From Candidatus Falkowbacteria bacterium (GTDB lineage Bacteria > Patescibacteriota > Patescibacteriia > Patescibacteriales > UBA12465), in the NCBI GenBank assembly GCA_037132255.1, contig JBAXPN010000001.1, positions 276,113 to 340,112 of the forward strand: DNA of 64,000 nt, given 5' to 3'. Every line of letters starts with the position of its first letter. The first letter of the stretch is position 1. Positions 18,051 through 26,441 of this stretch are shown here, piece after piece. The position numbers and the translations under genes were made by a program. A model generated the notes under the pieces. That model had not been told where the DNA came from and did not search any database. It worked only from the letters and a program-made list of their open reading frames with translations.

Positions 18051-18090
18051 ACTTCGCATAATGTATATTAATACACCCATTATGATATAG
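18051..18090. other. dif-like Xer recombination site (atypical or interrupted right arm)
   Basis: 18051-18078 reads ACTTCGCATAA TGTATA TTAATACACCC. The first 20 nt fit the dif consensus as I recall it (E. coli GGTGCGCATAATGTATATTATGTTAAAT). A right-arm-like TTATGATATAG lies 12 nt further on (18080-18090). CATAATG (18057-18063) and CATTATG (18078-18084) form an inverted repeat. Confidence 0.5.
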
Positions 18091-18134
18091 AATAAAGGGC
18101 AGCCTAATGCCACCCTATATAAGCGAGCTTCTTA

Positions 18135-18284
18135 TTAATTAGCCATGGTCATGAGTAATCCCATGAAATGCACATCTGGTTGAAATAGTAGCACGACTTT
18201 AATGATAATCAAAAAAATTCCGATTACAACCATACAAAAAACTAATACAGCCAGGGTAAAAAAAGTTTTGAAAGCACCTTCCAT
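18135..18284 (-). CDS. possible small membrane protein (49 aa), below the ORF-track threshold
   Basis: ATG 18284-18282 to TAA 18137-18135: MEGAFKTFFTLAVLVFCMVVIGIFLIIIKVVLLFQPDVHFMGLLMTMAN. One clear TM helix. Starts 11 nt downstream of the ftsQ stop. Confidence 0.3.
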   Translation of the reverse strand: MEGAFKTFFTLAVLVFCMVVIGIFLIIIKVVLLFQPDVHFMGLLMTMAN

Positions 18285-18295
18285 ATTTTTTTAAA

Positions 18296-19144
18296 TTAAT
18301 TGATAAAGATACGGTCTCCGTAACGTAAATCGATATAATTAGTCTTACTAAAATTATCCTTTATTTTTTCCTTTTTTACAAGAACCAGGCGCTCTATTTG
18401 GGCCTTAGCATCCGTTTTGGTGTTGAAGTAGACAAGTGGACCATCTCGGAACTTAACTTTAATTGTATTGAACTCCTGGTCAATCACAAAGCGCTCGACA
18501 GATAATTCAGGATGAGTGGTAATCTGATTGGCAAGTTCCAAAATAAAATTTAAATAAGCGTCAGAAATATTTATTTTATTTTTATCGTTGATCAAATTTT
18601 CGGCATTACGATTTTCTAAAATTAAATATTTCGATTTATCGTCTTCAGAAACAACAGCCTCTGGGATGATGCAGGCGTCAATTGCGGAGTAAAAAAACTG
18701 ATTTCCCTGCTGAAAAATATAAGAATATGGCCGTTCGCCAACCTTAATAATAAGGGTTTTTGCTGGTCTTTTAATGATTTCAAGCGAGGCTAGATTATAC
18801 GAGCTCAGGATACTATCTTGAGCTTCTTGTTCATCAAATAACCAAATATTTGTCTGCTTAAAGACACCATAGCGCGATTTGGCTTCCTGCTCCTTTATCT
18901 TATTTATGATTTCGTCACTTGAGATACGGGTTAAGCCCTCAACTTTAATATTATTAATTTGCCAAAACGGAGCAGCCATGAAAAACCAAAAAATAAAAAT
19001 AATAAATACAACAATAGCAATAATTAAACAAGCGAATAATCTTTTATTCGGCTTCTTTTTCGGTTGATGAAAAAAAGGATTTGAAAGATTTTTACATTGG
19101 TAATCCTTTTTGATTTTTTTATGGTATTTCCCTTCTCTTGACAT
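18296..19144 (-). CDS. ftsQ: cell division protein FtsQ/DivIB-like (POTRA domain)
   Basis: 282 aa. Basic N-terminus, single TM (LFACLIIAIVVFIIFIFWFFMAA), then a POTRA-like WQINNIKVEGLTRISSDEIINKI. Confidence 0.7.
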   Translation of the reverse strand: MSREGKYHKKIKKDYQCKNLSNPFFHQPKKKPNKRLFACLIIAIVVFIIFIFWFFMAAPFWQINNIKVEGLTRISSDEIINKIKEQEAKSRYGVFKQTNIWLFDEQEAQDSILSSYNLASLEIIKRPAKTLIIKVGERPYSYIFQQGNQFFYSAIDACIIPEAVVSEDDKSKYLILENRNAENLINDKNKINISDAYLNFILELANQITTHPELSVERFVIDQEFNTIKVKFRDGPLVYFNTKTDAKAQIERLVLVKKEKIKDNFSKTNYIDLRYGDRIFIN

Positions 19145-19162
19145 AATTTATAAAATATTGCG

Positions 19163-20314
19163 TTACCAAATAATCTCACGCCGAATATTTGATTGCAGAC
19201 GTACTAAAAATTCATATGGAATAGTATTCATATATCGCGATAAAGCGAGCACTGAATTTCTGTCCTCTTTATTGCTAGACACAATCACAACCGTGTTCCC
19301 TTTTTGCGCGCTAGCGTCTCCAAGATCAAGACAAGTTAAGTTCATGCATACTTTACCCGCAATCGGCGCCCAGACTGATTCGCCCGACATCTGAACTAAA
19401 AACTCAGCACGATTAGAAAGACGCCTGTCTAGGCCTTCAAAATACCCAAAAGGAATAACAGCAATGTTCGTTTCCCTGCTAGCACGGTAAGTTTCATTAT
19501 ATGAAACCGTCTCATTGGGAAGCAGGCGTTGCACGGAAACGATTTGCGATGTGACGTTAATAGCGGGCTGTAAATACTCATTAAAAACTGCCGAAGATTC
19601 ATCAGCGTTGGAAAATGGATCATAACCGTAGAGAGCCAATCCGGGGCGATATGCAGTTAGAAGCTTATTATTTAAAGACAGTAAACCAGCTGAGTTACCA
19701 AGGTGCACCCAGCGCGGAAAATATCCGAATGATCGTAAGGCATCAAGCGCGGCCATAAATTCAGCTTCTTGCGTTTGATTAAGAATTGATTCTTCGTCAG
19801 CGGAGGCTAAATGAGAACAGAGTCCAACTACTTCAACAGAGTCAAGATGTTTTTTATTATCTTCAATAAATCTTGGAAGATCTTTAACGCCTTCGCGATT
19901 CATGCCTGAATTAATAAATAAATGCACTTGAACTTTTTTACCATAGCGTGCTAAATATCTTAATGTTTCTGAGTTATAAATAATAAATTCAGTCCGTTTA
20001 AAGTCGCAGTATCCGTAAGCCTTGAGCGGCATTTCGCCGAGTATTAAAATTTTACGTTTGAAATAACGAAGCGCAATTTGGGCCTCGGGAAAAGAATCAA
20101 CAATAACTATTGGCGCTGTTGTCTTATTCAATATTAAACACATTTCCTTTAGGCCGTGGCCGTAGGCATTCGATTTCAAAACCGGAAATATTTCCGAACT
20201 TCCCTGTCGCTCCTTCAAATAATTAAAATTTGAAATTATTTTTTTGGCATCAATTTCAATTTTATTAAGAGTGTCGTATTTTGGTTTTAATATTTGACGA
20301 AAAAAATTTATCAT
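19163..20314 (-). CDS. alr: alanine racemase
   Basis: 383 aa. PLP-lysine motif PVLKSNAYGHG and a typical two-domain length. Confidence 0.85.
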   Translation of the reverse strand: MINFFRQILKPKYDTLNKIEIDAKKIISNFNYLKERQGSSEIFPVLKSNAYGHGLKEMCLILNKTTAPIVIVDSFPEAQIALRYFKRKILILGEMPLKAYGYCDFKRTEFIIYNSETLRYLARYGKKVQVHLFINSGMNREGVKDLPRFIEDNKKHLDSVEVVGLCSHLASADEESILNQTQEAEFMAALDALRSFGYFPRWVHLGNSAGLLSLNNKLLTAYRPGLALYGYDPFSNADESSAVFNEYLQPAINVTSQIVSVQRLLPNETVSYNETYRASRETNIAVIPFGYFEGLDRRLSNRAEFLVQMSGESVWAPIAGKVCMNLTCLDLGDASAQKGNTVVIVSSNKEDRNSVLALSRYMNTIPYEFLVRLQSNIRREIIW

Positions 20315-20318
20315 ATAA

Positions 20319-21389
20319 TTAAGGTAAAACTACTTCTCCTTGTCCCCGGTTAATACGATCAAAATTTAGATTAGTATCGAGGTTATTCAAGGTGCCAGTA
20401 TTTTCATCATTGATTAACGTATCTTCAGCATAGTAATTTATTCCTGTTAAAAGATTAACAACTTTACCGAGCTGTAGAGCATTAGGAATAAATTGTACTT
20501 CAAAGCCAACGCGATAACTATCGCTCTGATTTTTTAGTTCCACTACCTTCCAAATTATCTGACGTGAAGATTCGTTATATTTAAAATCACCGGCAAGAAC
20601 AGAGCGCCGATCTGTTAATTCGACACCCTTTGGTAATTTTGCGCTAAAAACTAAATTATTAAAATCGCCACTGCTCTTAACCTCAAAGAATACCCAATAA
20701 TTTGTAGGCAAAGCAACTGCCGGCGGGAGAGGACCGCTACCTAGTTGATCGCCTTGCGGGCTATTATAATAGGCCACAGCACGAGCGCTAAGCTCAGCCG
20801 CTAAACTAATACCAGGAATACTAAATGTTTCCTTGATGGTTTGGCCCTCAACATTATATTCACTTTGCGCCTGCCATTTGATAAGTCGATTTGTTTCCGT
20901 CTTGTCAGAAAAATACACTTTGTAAACCACTTCCCTATTTTCTGATGCCTGTAATTTTCCAAATGAAATTTCACTATTACTTATTTCTGTTTTAGAATCC
21001 GGTTCACTGTTACTTATTTCTTCAAGTTTATCAATATTAAAATTTTGATCAATGACAAGCAAATTAATCTTAATATTCTCAACTAAAAATTTACTAGTGT
21101 TTCGCATCTTAAGTCTAAGCTCTGCGCTGTCCGCCAAATGAAGAGATGAACTGGCCAATTCAAAATTTATGATTAAAGGCGGATTATTTAAGTCGAGCTC
21201 ATTTTTTTTCGGAATATTAATTACTGACTGCGTATTAACGACTGGGCGGTAAGCATAAAAACTAATTAACATGGCGGCTAATATTATAATAATGAGCGCC
21301 AAGGAAAAATCTAATATTAAATGCCAGCTATTTTTTTGATAAAAACGTTCTCGTCTTTTTTGCCACTGACGGCGAATAAATTTAAACAT
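20319..21389 (-). CDS. membrane-anchored surface protein, C-terminal 'GSGPLPP' domain family (paralog of 62594..64000)
   Basis: 356 aa. N-terminal TM (LILDFSLALIIIILAAMLISFYAY). The C-terminal ~150 aa (LGSGPLPPAVALPTNYWVFFEVK...SSRQIIWKV...) align by eye with the C-terminus of the last gene in the window. Confidence 0.6.
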   Translation of the reverse strand: MFKFIRRQWQKRRERFYQKNSWHLILDFSLALIIIILAAMLISFYAYRPVVNTQSVINIPKKNELDLNNPPLIINFELASSSLHLADSAELRLKMRNTSKFLVENIKINLLVIDQNFNIDKLEEISNSEPDSKTEISNSEISFGKLQASENREVVYKVYFSDKTETNRLIKWQAQSEYNVEGQTIKETFSIPGISLAAELSARAVAYYNSPQGDQLGSGPLPPAVALPTNYWVFFEVKSSGDFNNLVFSAKLPKGVELTDRRSVLAGDFKYNESSRQIIWKVVELKNQSDSYRVGFEVQFIPNALQLGKVVNLLTGINYYAEDTLINDENTGTLNNLDTNLNFDRINRGQGEVVLP

Positions 21390-21396
21390 ATTTTTA

Positions 21397-23439
21397 TTAA
21401 TAAAAATTCTTAATTCCAGCTAAAATTTCAACAACGCCATCATCATTAATATCGCTCGCGCTTACTTTAATTCCACCATGGTAACTTTGATCATAAGCAA
21501 AAAAATTAGATAATACTTCTCCGCGCGAATTAAAAATTCTAATATGCGGTCCACCCCCGGCTCCGGGCGCAGTTATAATATCTATTTGGTCATCACCGTT
21601 AGTATCGCCAACGGCGACGCTAACTCCACCTTTAAATTTTATATCGTAGGCCAAAAAACTATTAATTAGAATGCCCTTAACAGAAAAAATTTTAATAAGG
21701 GGCTCCTGGCCAACGCCAGGCGAAGTGATAATTTCGTCCTGACCATCGCCGTTAACATCACCGAGCGCAACACTAACTCCGCCTCTTGAATTTTTATCGT
21801 AAGCAAAAAAATTACCAAGTAATTTTCCGTCGGGCAAGAACATTCTAACTTGTGGCCCGCCGCCATTTGTCGGGCCAGTGACAACTAATTTAAAAACTCC
21901 CTGATCGATTTTAGCTGCTAAATTAATTCGCCCCTTATAAGCGCTCGCATAAGGGGGAAAAGTCGATAATTTTGAGCCATTTTTTTGTAAATAAACGACG
22001 CCGAATCCGGCTGACAGACTCATGTCTTGGTTATTGATCGTTTGACCCGTGGTGACAACTTCCTGTTCACCTGGAAAATTACTTAAATAAGAAAAAAATC
22101 CGGTTCTAATTTGCTTACCGCTAAAATCATAAACGCGATAAAAATAACCATTCGTGAAAGCACTCCCGCTAATTACAGCATTCTGACGTAAAAGTAAAAC
22201 ACCGTCTTGCGGCGCCAACTTTAAATAATTAATTTTTAAACCAGTATTAAAGGCTGGATCTTGGACACCTTTAATCTTTTCCATCTCTTCTTTCTGAAAA
22301 ACATAAAGCTGTTCTTTGTTCGTAGAATTAACAATCGCTGAGCCATATTTAAAATCTCTCCGCCATAAACCGGCTTGTATATCTGTCCCTCGATTATTTA
22401 ATAAATTATAGGCATCAGATTGAGCTGCACCCAAGTTTAAATTATATTCATCATACCACCAAGTTTGGCCATGATTTGTAATATCATAATCGAAACTATA
22501 GAATCCATTTCCCATTAAAGCGCTCGCTAGCCCAAAACGAAAACGTTTATAATCAACCTGGTTTTTATTTGTAACATTAAGAACAGATAAATTGGGGCTG
22601 GAATTTACAGACGGTAATCGTAAATATGTTTTCATTGATCCTGCCCAGGTTCCCCCGTTTTCCCAAGAAGACGGAAAACTTTCGAGCATCGAGCCATTTA
22701 ATAATCCCTGATAAGAATCAAAAACCCGACCGTTACCAACTATAATGAAGTCTCTTCCAGCAAGCTCTCGTGTTTTGCTTAAAACTTTCTTAAATCCGTT
22801 TGACCAAGACTGATCGAGACTAACGGAATTATCGGGCTCGCCATCGTTATTAGCATCAATATTGCCGGCATTAAGCCAAGAAATATCGCCCCAAGTATTA
22901 TCATAATAAACTCCGTCCCAGAGACCAGTCGCTTTAATTTCGTTTACAACAAAATTCGGCAAATAATCATTATAGCGTTTTCCACCACTGTTAACTGGAG
23001 CGCTATCAGTTAAATTCAACATTGAATTATAGGGCCAATTCGATATTTTATTACCTCGTGAATCTCTTAACCACCAACTACTGTCTATATTCCTAGCTAG
23101 GCGCTGACGGAGCTCAGCCTTATTATAGTCATCCGCGTTATCTACCTGTTCGACGCCGTTAATGTAAGCAAGAATAACAACACTGGGATTTAATTCTCGA
23201 ATTTTTAATAATTGCTGACGACTATTTTCTTGAACTTCCATATCTAAAATAAGCACGTCCCACTTTGCAAGTTCTCGAGCCTCGCTATCGCTAATTTCCC
23301 ATTTCAAAAAATAATTAGCCGTCCGCGGAAAAGTGGTTTTTAATTGCGCCGCATGAGCATCAAACGAAAAAAATAAGGCCGCGCCAATAAAGGTTACGAT
23401 TAATACGCAAATTATTTTCTGATTAAAAACCTTTTTCAT
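21397..23439 (-). CDS. secreted protein: N-terminal glycoside-hydrolase-like TIM-barrel region plus C-terminal FG-GAP/VCBS repeats
   Basis: 680 aa with a signal peptide. C-terminal repeats GDVNGDGQDEIITSPGVG.., GDTNGDDQIDIITAPGAGGGPHIRIF, DINDDGVVEILAG (FG-GAP type). The hydrolase-like assignment of the N-terminal region is tentative. Confidence 0.55.
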   Translation of the reverse strand: MKKVFNQKIICVLIVTFIGAALFFSFDAHAAQLKTTFPRTANYFLKWEISDSEARELAKWDVLILDMEVQENSRQQLLKIRELNPSVVILAYINGVEQVDNADDYNKAELRQRLARNIDSSWWLRDSRGNKISNWPYNSMLNLTDSAPVNSGGKRYNDYLPNFVVNEIKATGLWDGVYYDNTWGDISWLNAGNIDANNDGEPDNSVSLDQSWSNGFKKVLSKTRELAGRDFIIVGNGRVFDSYQGLLNGSMLESFPSSWENGGTWAGSMKTYLRLPSVNSSPNLSVLNVTNKNQVDYKRFRFGLASALMGNGFYSFDYDITNHGQTWWYDEYNLNLGAAQSDAYNLLNNRGTDIQAGLWRRDFKYGSAIVNSTNKEQLYVFQKEEMEKIKGVQDPAFNTGLKINYLKLAPQDGVLLLRQNAVISGSAFTNGYFYRVYDFSGKQIRTGFFSYLSNFPGEQEVVTTGQTINNQDMSLSAGFGVVYLQKNGSKLSTFPPYASAYKGRINLAAKIDQGVFKLVVTGPTNGGGPQVRMFLPDGKLLGNFFAYDKNSRGGVSVALGDVNGDGQDEIITSPGVGQEPLIKIFSVKGILINSFLAYDIKFKGGVSVAVGDTNGDDQIDIITAPGAGGGPHIRIFNSRGEVLSNFFAYDQSYHGGIKVSASDINDDGVVEILAGIKNFY

Positions 23440-23444
23440 TTCCT

Positions 23445-24725
23445 TTACTTCTGTTTAGGAATTATTTTCTTATAAGTCTTTGGCATATAAGGCACTAGCG
23501 CTTTCGGTATTTCAATTGAACCGTCCTCAGTCTGATAATTTTCCATAATAGCAATCAGACAACGCGGAACGGCGATTGCTGTGCCGTTAAGAGTATAAAC
23601 CAATTCTTTATCACCACTCGCCTTGCGATATTTAGTATTCATTGCGCGAGACTGGTAGTCGGTGCAATTAGAAGTTGATGTCACCTCTGCCCAGGCACCC
23701 TGAGATCCGTCAGCAGCTGGTTTACCAGGCATCCACGCTTCAAGATCATAAGTTCTAATCGATGGCGCGCCTAAATCTGCAGTGCAATGGTCAATAACCT
23801 GAAATGGAATTTCCAGACCCTGAAAAATTTCCTTTTCAATTTCTAATATCTCAAGATGCGCTTTCTCCGCATCTTCCGGTTTTACATATTGAAACATTTC
23901 AATTTTTGTAAATTGATGAACGCGAAAAATACCTTTAGAGAATTTCGAATAGCTACCGGCCTCTGTTCTAAAACAATGCGATACGGCAACATACTTTTTT
24001 GGTAGATCAGACTCCTCTAAAACTTCATCTTTATGATATCCGCCCATTGTAATTTCGGCCGTTCCAATAAGACTTAAATCTGAATTTTCAATATTATATA
24101 TTTGCGTAGATTCGCCGCGAGGATTAAAACCCATCCCTTCGACTACTTCTCGTTTTGCGAGATCTGGCGTAATAACCGGCGTGAAGCCATGATTAATTAA
24201 TATATTTAAAGCATACTGGATGAGAGCATACTCCATCATAGCTAGTTCATTTTTTAAATAATAAAACTTGGCGCCACTTGCCTTAGTTCCGCGATCAAAA
24301 TCAATCAGATCTAAATCTAAAGCAAGCTCAACGTGGTCTTTAGGAACAAAATTAAATTTCGTCGCCTGGCCGTATGTTTCAAGAACTGGATTATCATCTT
24401 CATTTTCGCTTACTCTAACGTCCGGATGTGTTAAGTTCGGGACAGCTAAAAGCATTTCATCAAATTTAGTTTGGCAGACTCCGAGAGTCTCTTCTTTAGC
24501 TTTAAGTATTTCCCCGAGATCTTTCATCTCGGCAATTATTTCTGGAGTGGGTTTAGTTTTTGATGATTGATTTCTCTTTGCACGCGCGCTTTCAATCTCG
24601 GTTAATAAATTCCTAATTTCCGTGTCAAAAGAAAGCAAAGCATCAATATCAACAGTCGCTAAGCGATCGCGAGTATTTTTTTTAATTAGTTCTGGATTTT
24701 CACGAATGATTTTAATGTCTAACAT
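23445..24725 (-). CDS. serS: seryl-tRNA synthetase
   Basis: 426 aa. N-terminal coiled-coil arm and class II core (FRTEAGS..., LNGTAIAVPRCLIAIMENYQ). Confidence 0.95.
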   Translation of the reverse strand: MLDIKIIRENPELIKKNTRDRLATVDIDALLSFDTEIRNLLTEIESARAKRNQSSKTKPTPEIIAEMKDLGEILKAKEETLGVCQTKFDEMLLAVPNLTHPDVRVSENEDDNPVLETYGQATKFNFVPKDHVELALDLDLIDFDRGTKASGAKFYYLKNELAMMEYALIQYALNILINHGFTPVITPDLAKREVVEGMGFNPRGESTQIYNIENSDLSLIGTAEITMGGYHKDEVLEESDLPKKYVAVSHCFRTEAGSYSKFSKGIFRVHQFTKIEMFQYVKPEDAEKAHLEILEIEKEIFQGLEIPFQVIDHCTADLGAPSIRTYDLEAWMPGKPAADGSQGAWAEVTSTSNCTDYQSRAMNTKYRKASGDKELVYTLNGTAIAVPRCLIAIMENYQTEDGSIEIPKALVPYMPKTYKKIIPKQK

Positions 24726-24734
24726 ATATTTTAA

Positions 24735-26435
24735 TTAATTGATAACTTCACCACCAAACGCTTTAAGAAGATCGCCAATCACGCCCTCAGCTTTTTTTTC
24801 GCTGACGGGCTCACCGGCAGAAATAATTGGCGCTTCATCACTTTTCTCTTCACGACGAATTTCTAAATTTTCATTAATCAGAGAGCTGACAGAAAGCATT
24901 GAGCCATACACTTCTGCCAGAGTCGTTTCGACAATATTTTTAATTGTAACATCATTGATCCGATCTTGATGGAATTTATATTTAAAAACAAGACAGAGCC
25001 GATTATCCTTAATTCCCTGTGGCTGACAATTCTGGAGAACAAAAGATAGAGAGTGGTTGTGTTTTTTAATACGCACTAAAAATTCTGGCCATTTTTCTAG
25101 AACTTCTGATTCACTTAAATTTATAATAACTGTATTAGCTGAACCACCGACTGTGCGAAGAACTTCCCCGCCCTCATCTTTTTTTGCTGGAGAAATTTCC
25201 GTCTTAAGATCATTATTGCTTTTTAAATCAATTTCTTTTTTTAATATCTGAGCTGAAGAATTAGCGATAGAAGTTTTGGGACTACTTGTAGAACTAGGGA
25301 TAATATTTTGACTAGATGCAGAAGAATATAAATCTCGTTGCGACGAATAACATAAGTCAATAATCGCAAGCTCTAGTGGTAACTGGGAAATAAGTGGATT
25401 TTTATTATCATTATAAGCTTCAAGAAAACGGCGCGTAAAAGAAATTAATAGTTCCCAACTTAAATTATCTGATATGGCATTAATCTTTATTTCCAAACTC
25501 TCACCCAGACTTAAACCTAAATTATCCGCTAAACCCGGGCTTACTTTAGTTAACATTATTTTTCTCAGTAAGCCAACAAGTTCTCCGGTAAAATTTTTTA
25601 AATTAACCCCGCTATCAACAAGCCCATTTACAAGAGATATTGCTTTCCCCGCATCTTTACGACTTAAATAATCTAATAAATCGACGGCTTCATTGCTATT
25701 GTAATGTGGAATAACTAACTCGGCTTGCTCAAGACTAATTTTATTTCCACCCAGCGAGAATATTTGTCCAAGTAAACTTTCGGCATCACGCAAATGCCCG
25801 CCGGAACGTCGCGCTACGGCATCGAGGACGGCGGCGTCAATATCTATTTTTTCCGCCCGTGCAATTAAAGATAATTTTTTTACAACATCGCTTACGCTTA
25901 TTCTCTTAAAATCAAAACGCTCACAACGAGAAATAATTGTCAGCGGTACTTTTTGAATTTCGGTAGTACAGAGAATAAAAATAACGTGGACTGGAGGCTC
26001 TTCAATAATCTTGAGCAAGGCATTAAACGCGGAAATCGAAAGCATGTGAACTTCATCGATTATAAAAACTTTAAATTTTGAATTTACCGGAGTTAAACGA
26101 GAAAAACCAATTATATTTTCCCGAACATTATCTACTCCCGTATTTGAAGCGGCGTCAATTTCAACGACATCTAAATTTTTTCCCAGCGTTGTGCTTATGC
26201 AGCTTGAACATTTATTACAAGGTTCAAACTCACCATCTTTGCGATCAAGACAGTTTACGGTTTTGGCTAGGACACGAGCTAAGGTTGTTTTACCAACTGC
26301 CCGCGGACCGCAAAACAAAAAAGCCTGCGCTAATTTATTGGCGCTAATTTCATTTTGCAAAGTTATTTTAATATGATTCTGTCCTAAAACTTCTGTGAAA
26401 TTCTGTGGACGGTAATCGCGATAAAGAGTGGACAT
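24735..26435 (-). CDS. dnaX: DNA polymerase III subunit gamma/tau
   Basis: 566 aa. YRPQNFTEVLGQ, Walker A GPRAVGKTT, Zn module CNKCSSC, IIDEVHMLS, SRC motif. Confidence 0.95.
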   Translation of the reverse strand: MSTLYRDYRPQNFTEVLGQNHIKITLQNEISANKLAQAFLFCGPRAVGKTTLARVLAKTVNCLDRKDGEFEPCNKCSSCISTTLGKNLDVVEIDAASNTGVDNVRENIIGFSRLTPVNSKFKVFIIDEVHMLSISAFNALLKIIEEPPVHVIFILCTTEIQKVPLTIISRCERFDFKRISVSDVVKKLSLIARAEKIDIDAAVLDAVARRSGGHLRDAESLLGQIFSLGGNKISLEQAELVIPHYNSNEAVDLLDYLSRKDAGKAISLVNGLVDSGVNLKNFTGELVGLLRKIMLTKVSPGLADNLGLSLGESLEIKINAISDNLSWELLISFTRRFLEAYNDNKNPLISQLPLELAIIDLCYSSQRDLYSSASSQNIIPSSTSSPKTSIANSSAQILKKEIDLKSNNDLKTEISPAKKDEGGEVLRTVGGSANTVIINLSESEVLEKWPEFLVRIKKHNHSLSFVLQNCQPQGIKDNRLCLVFKYKFHQDRINDVTIKNIVETTLAEVYGSMLSVSSLINENLEIRREEKSDEAPIISAGEPVSEKKAEGVIGDLLKAFGGEVIN

Positions 26436-26441
26436 AGAAAA

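Noticed and set aside
18004-18069. 21-codon mini-ORF (MGTKQPNYRGFCSHNTSHNVY) preceded by AGGAGGG.
   Set aside because: The SD-like element is only 1 nt from the ATG, which is a non-functional spacing. The organism otherwise lacks SD usage, and the ORF overlaps the dif-like site.
24786-24800. A-rich run (GAAAAAAAAG in the coding sense) in dnaX as a programmed -1 frameshift site producing gamma.
   Set aside because: It lies within the last ~20 codons of the gene, so a shift there could not generate a shorter gamma subunit. No downstream stem-loop was seen.
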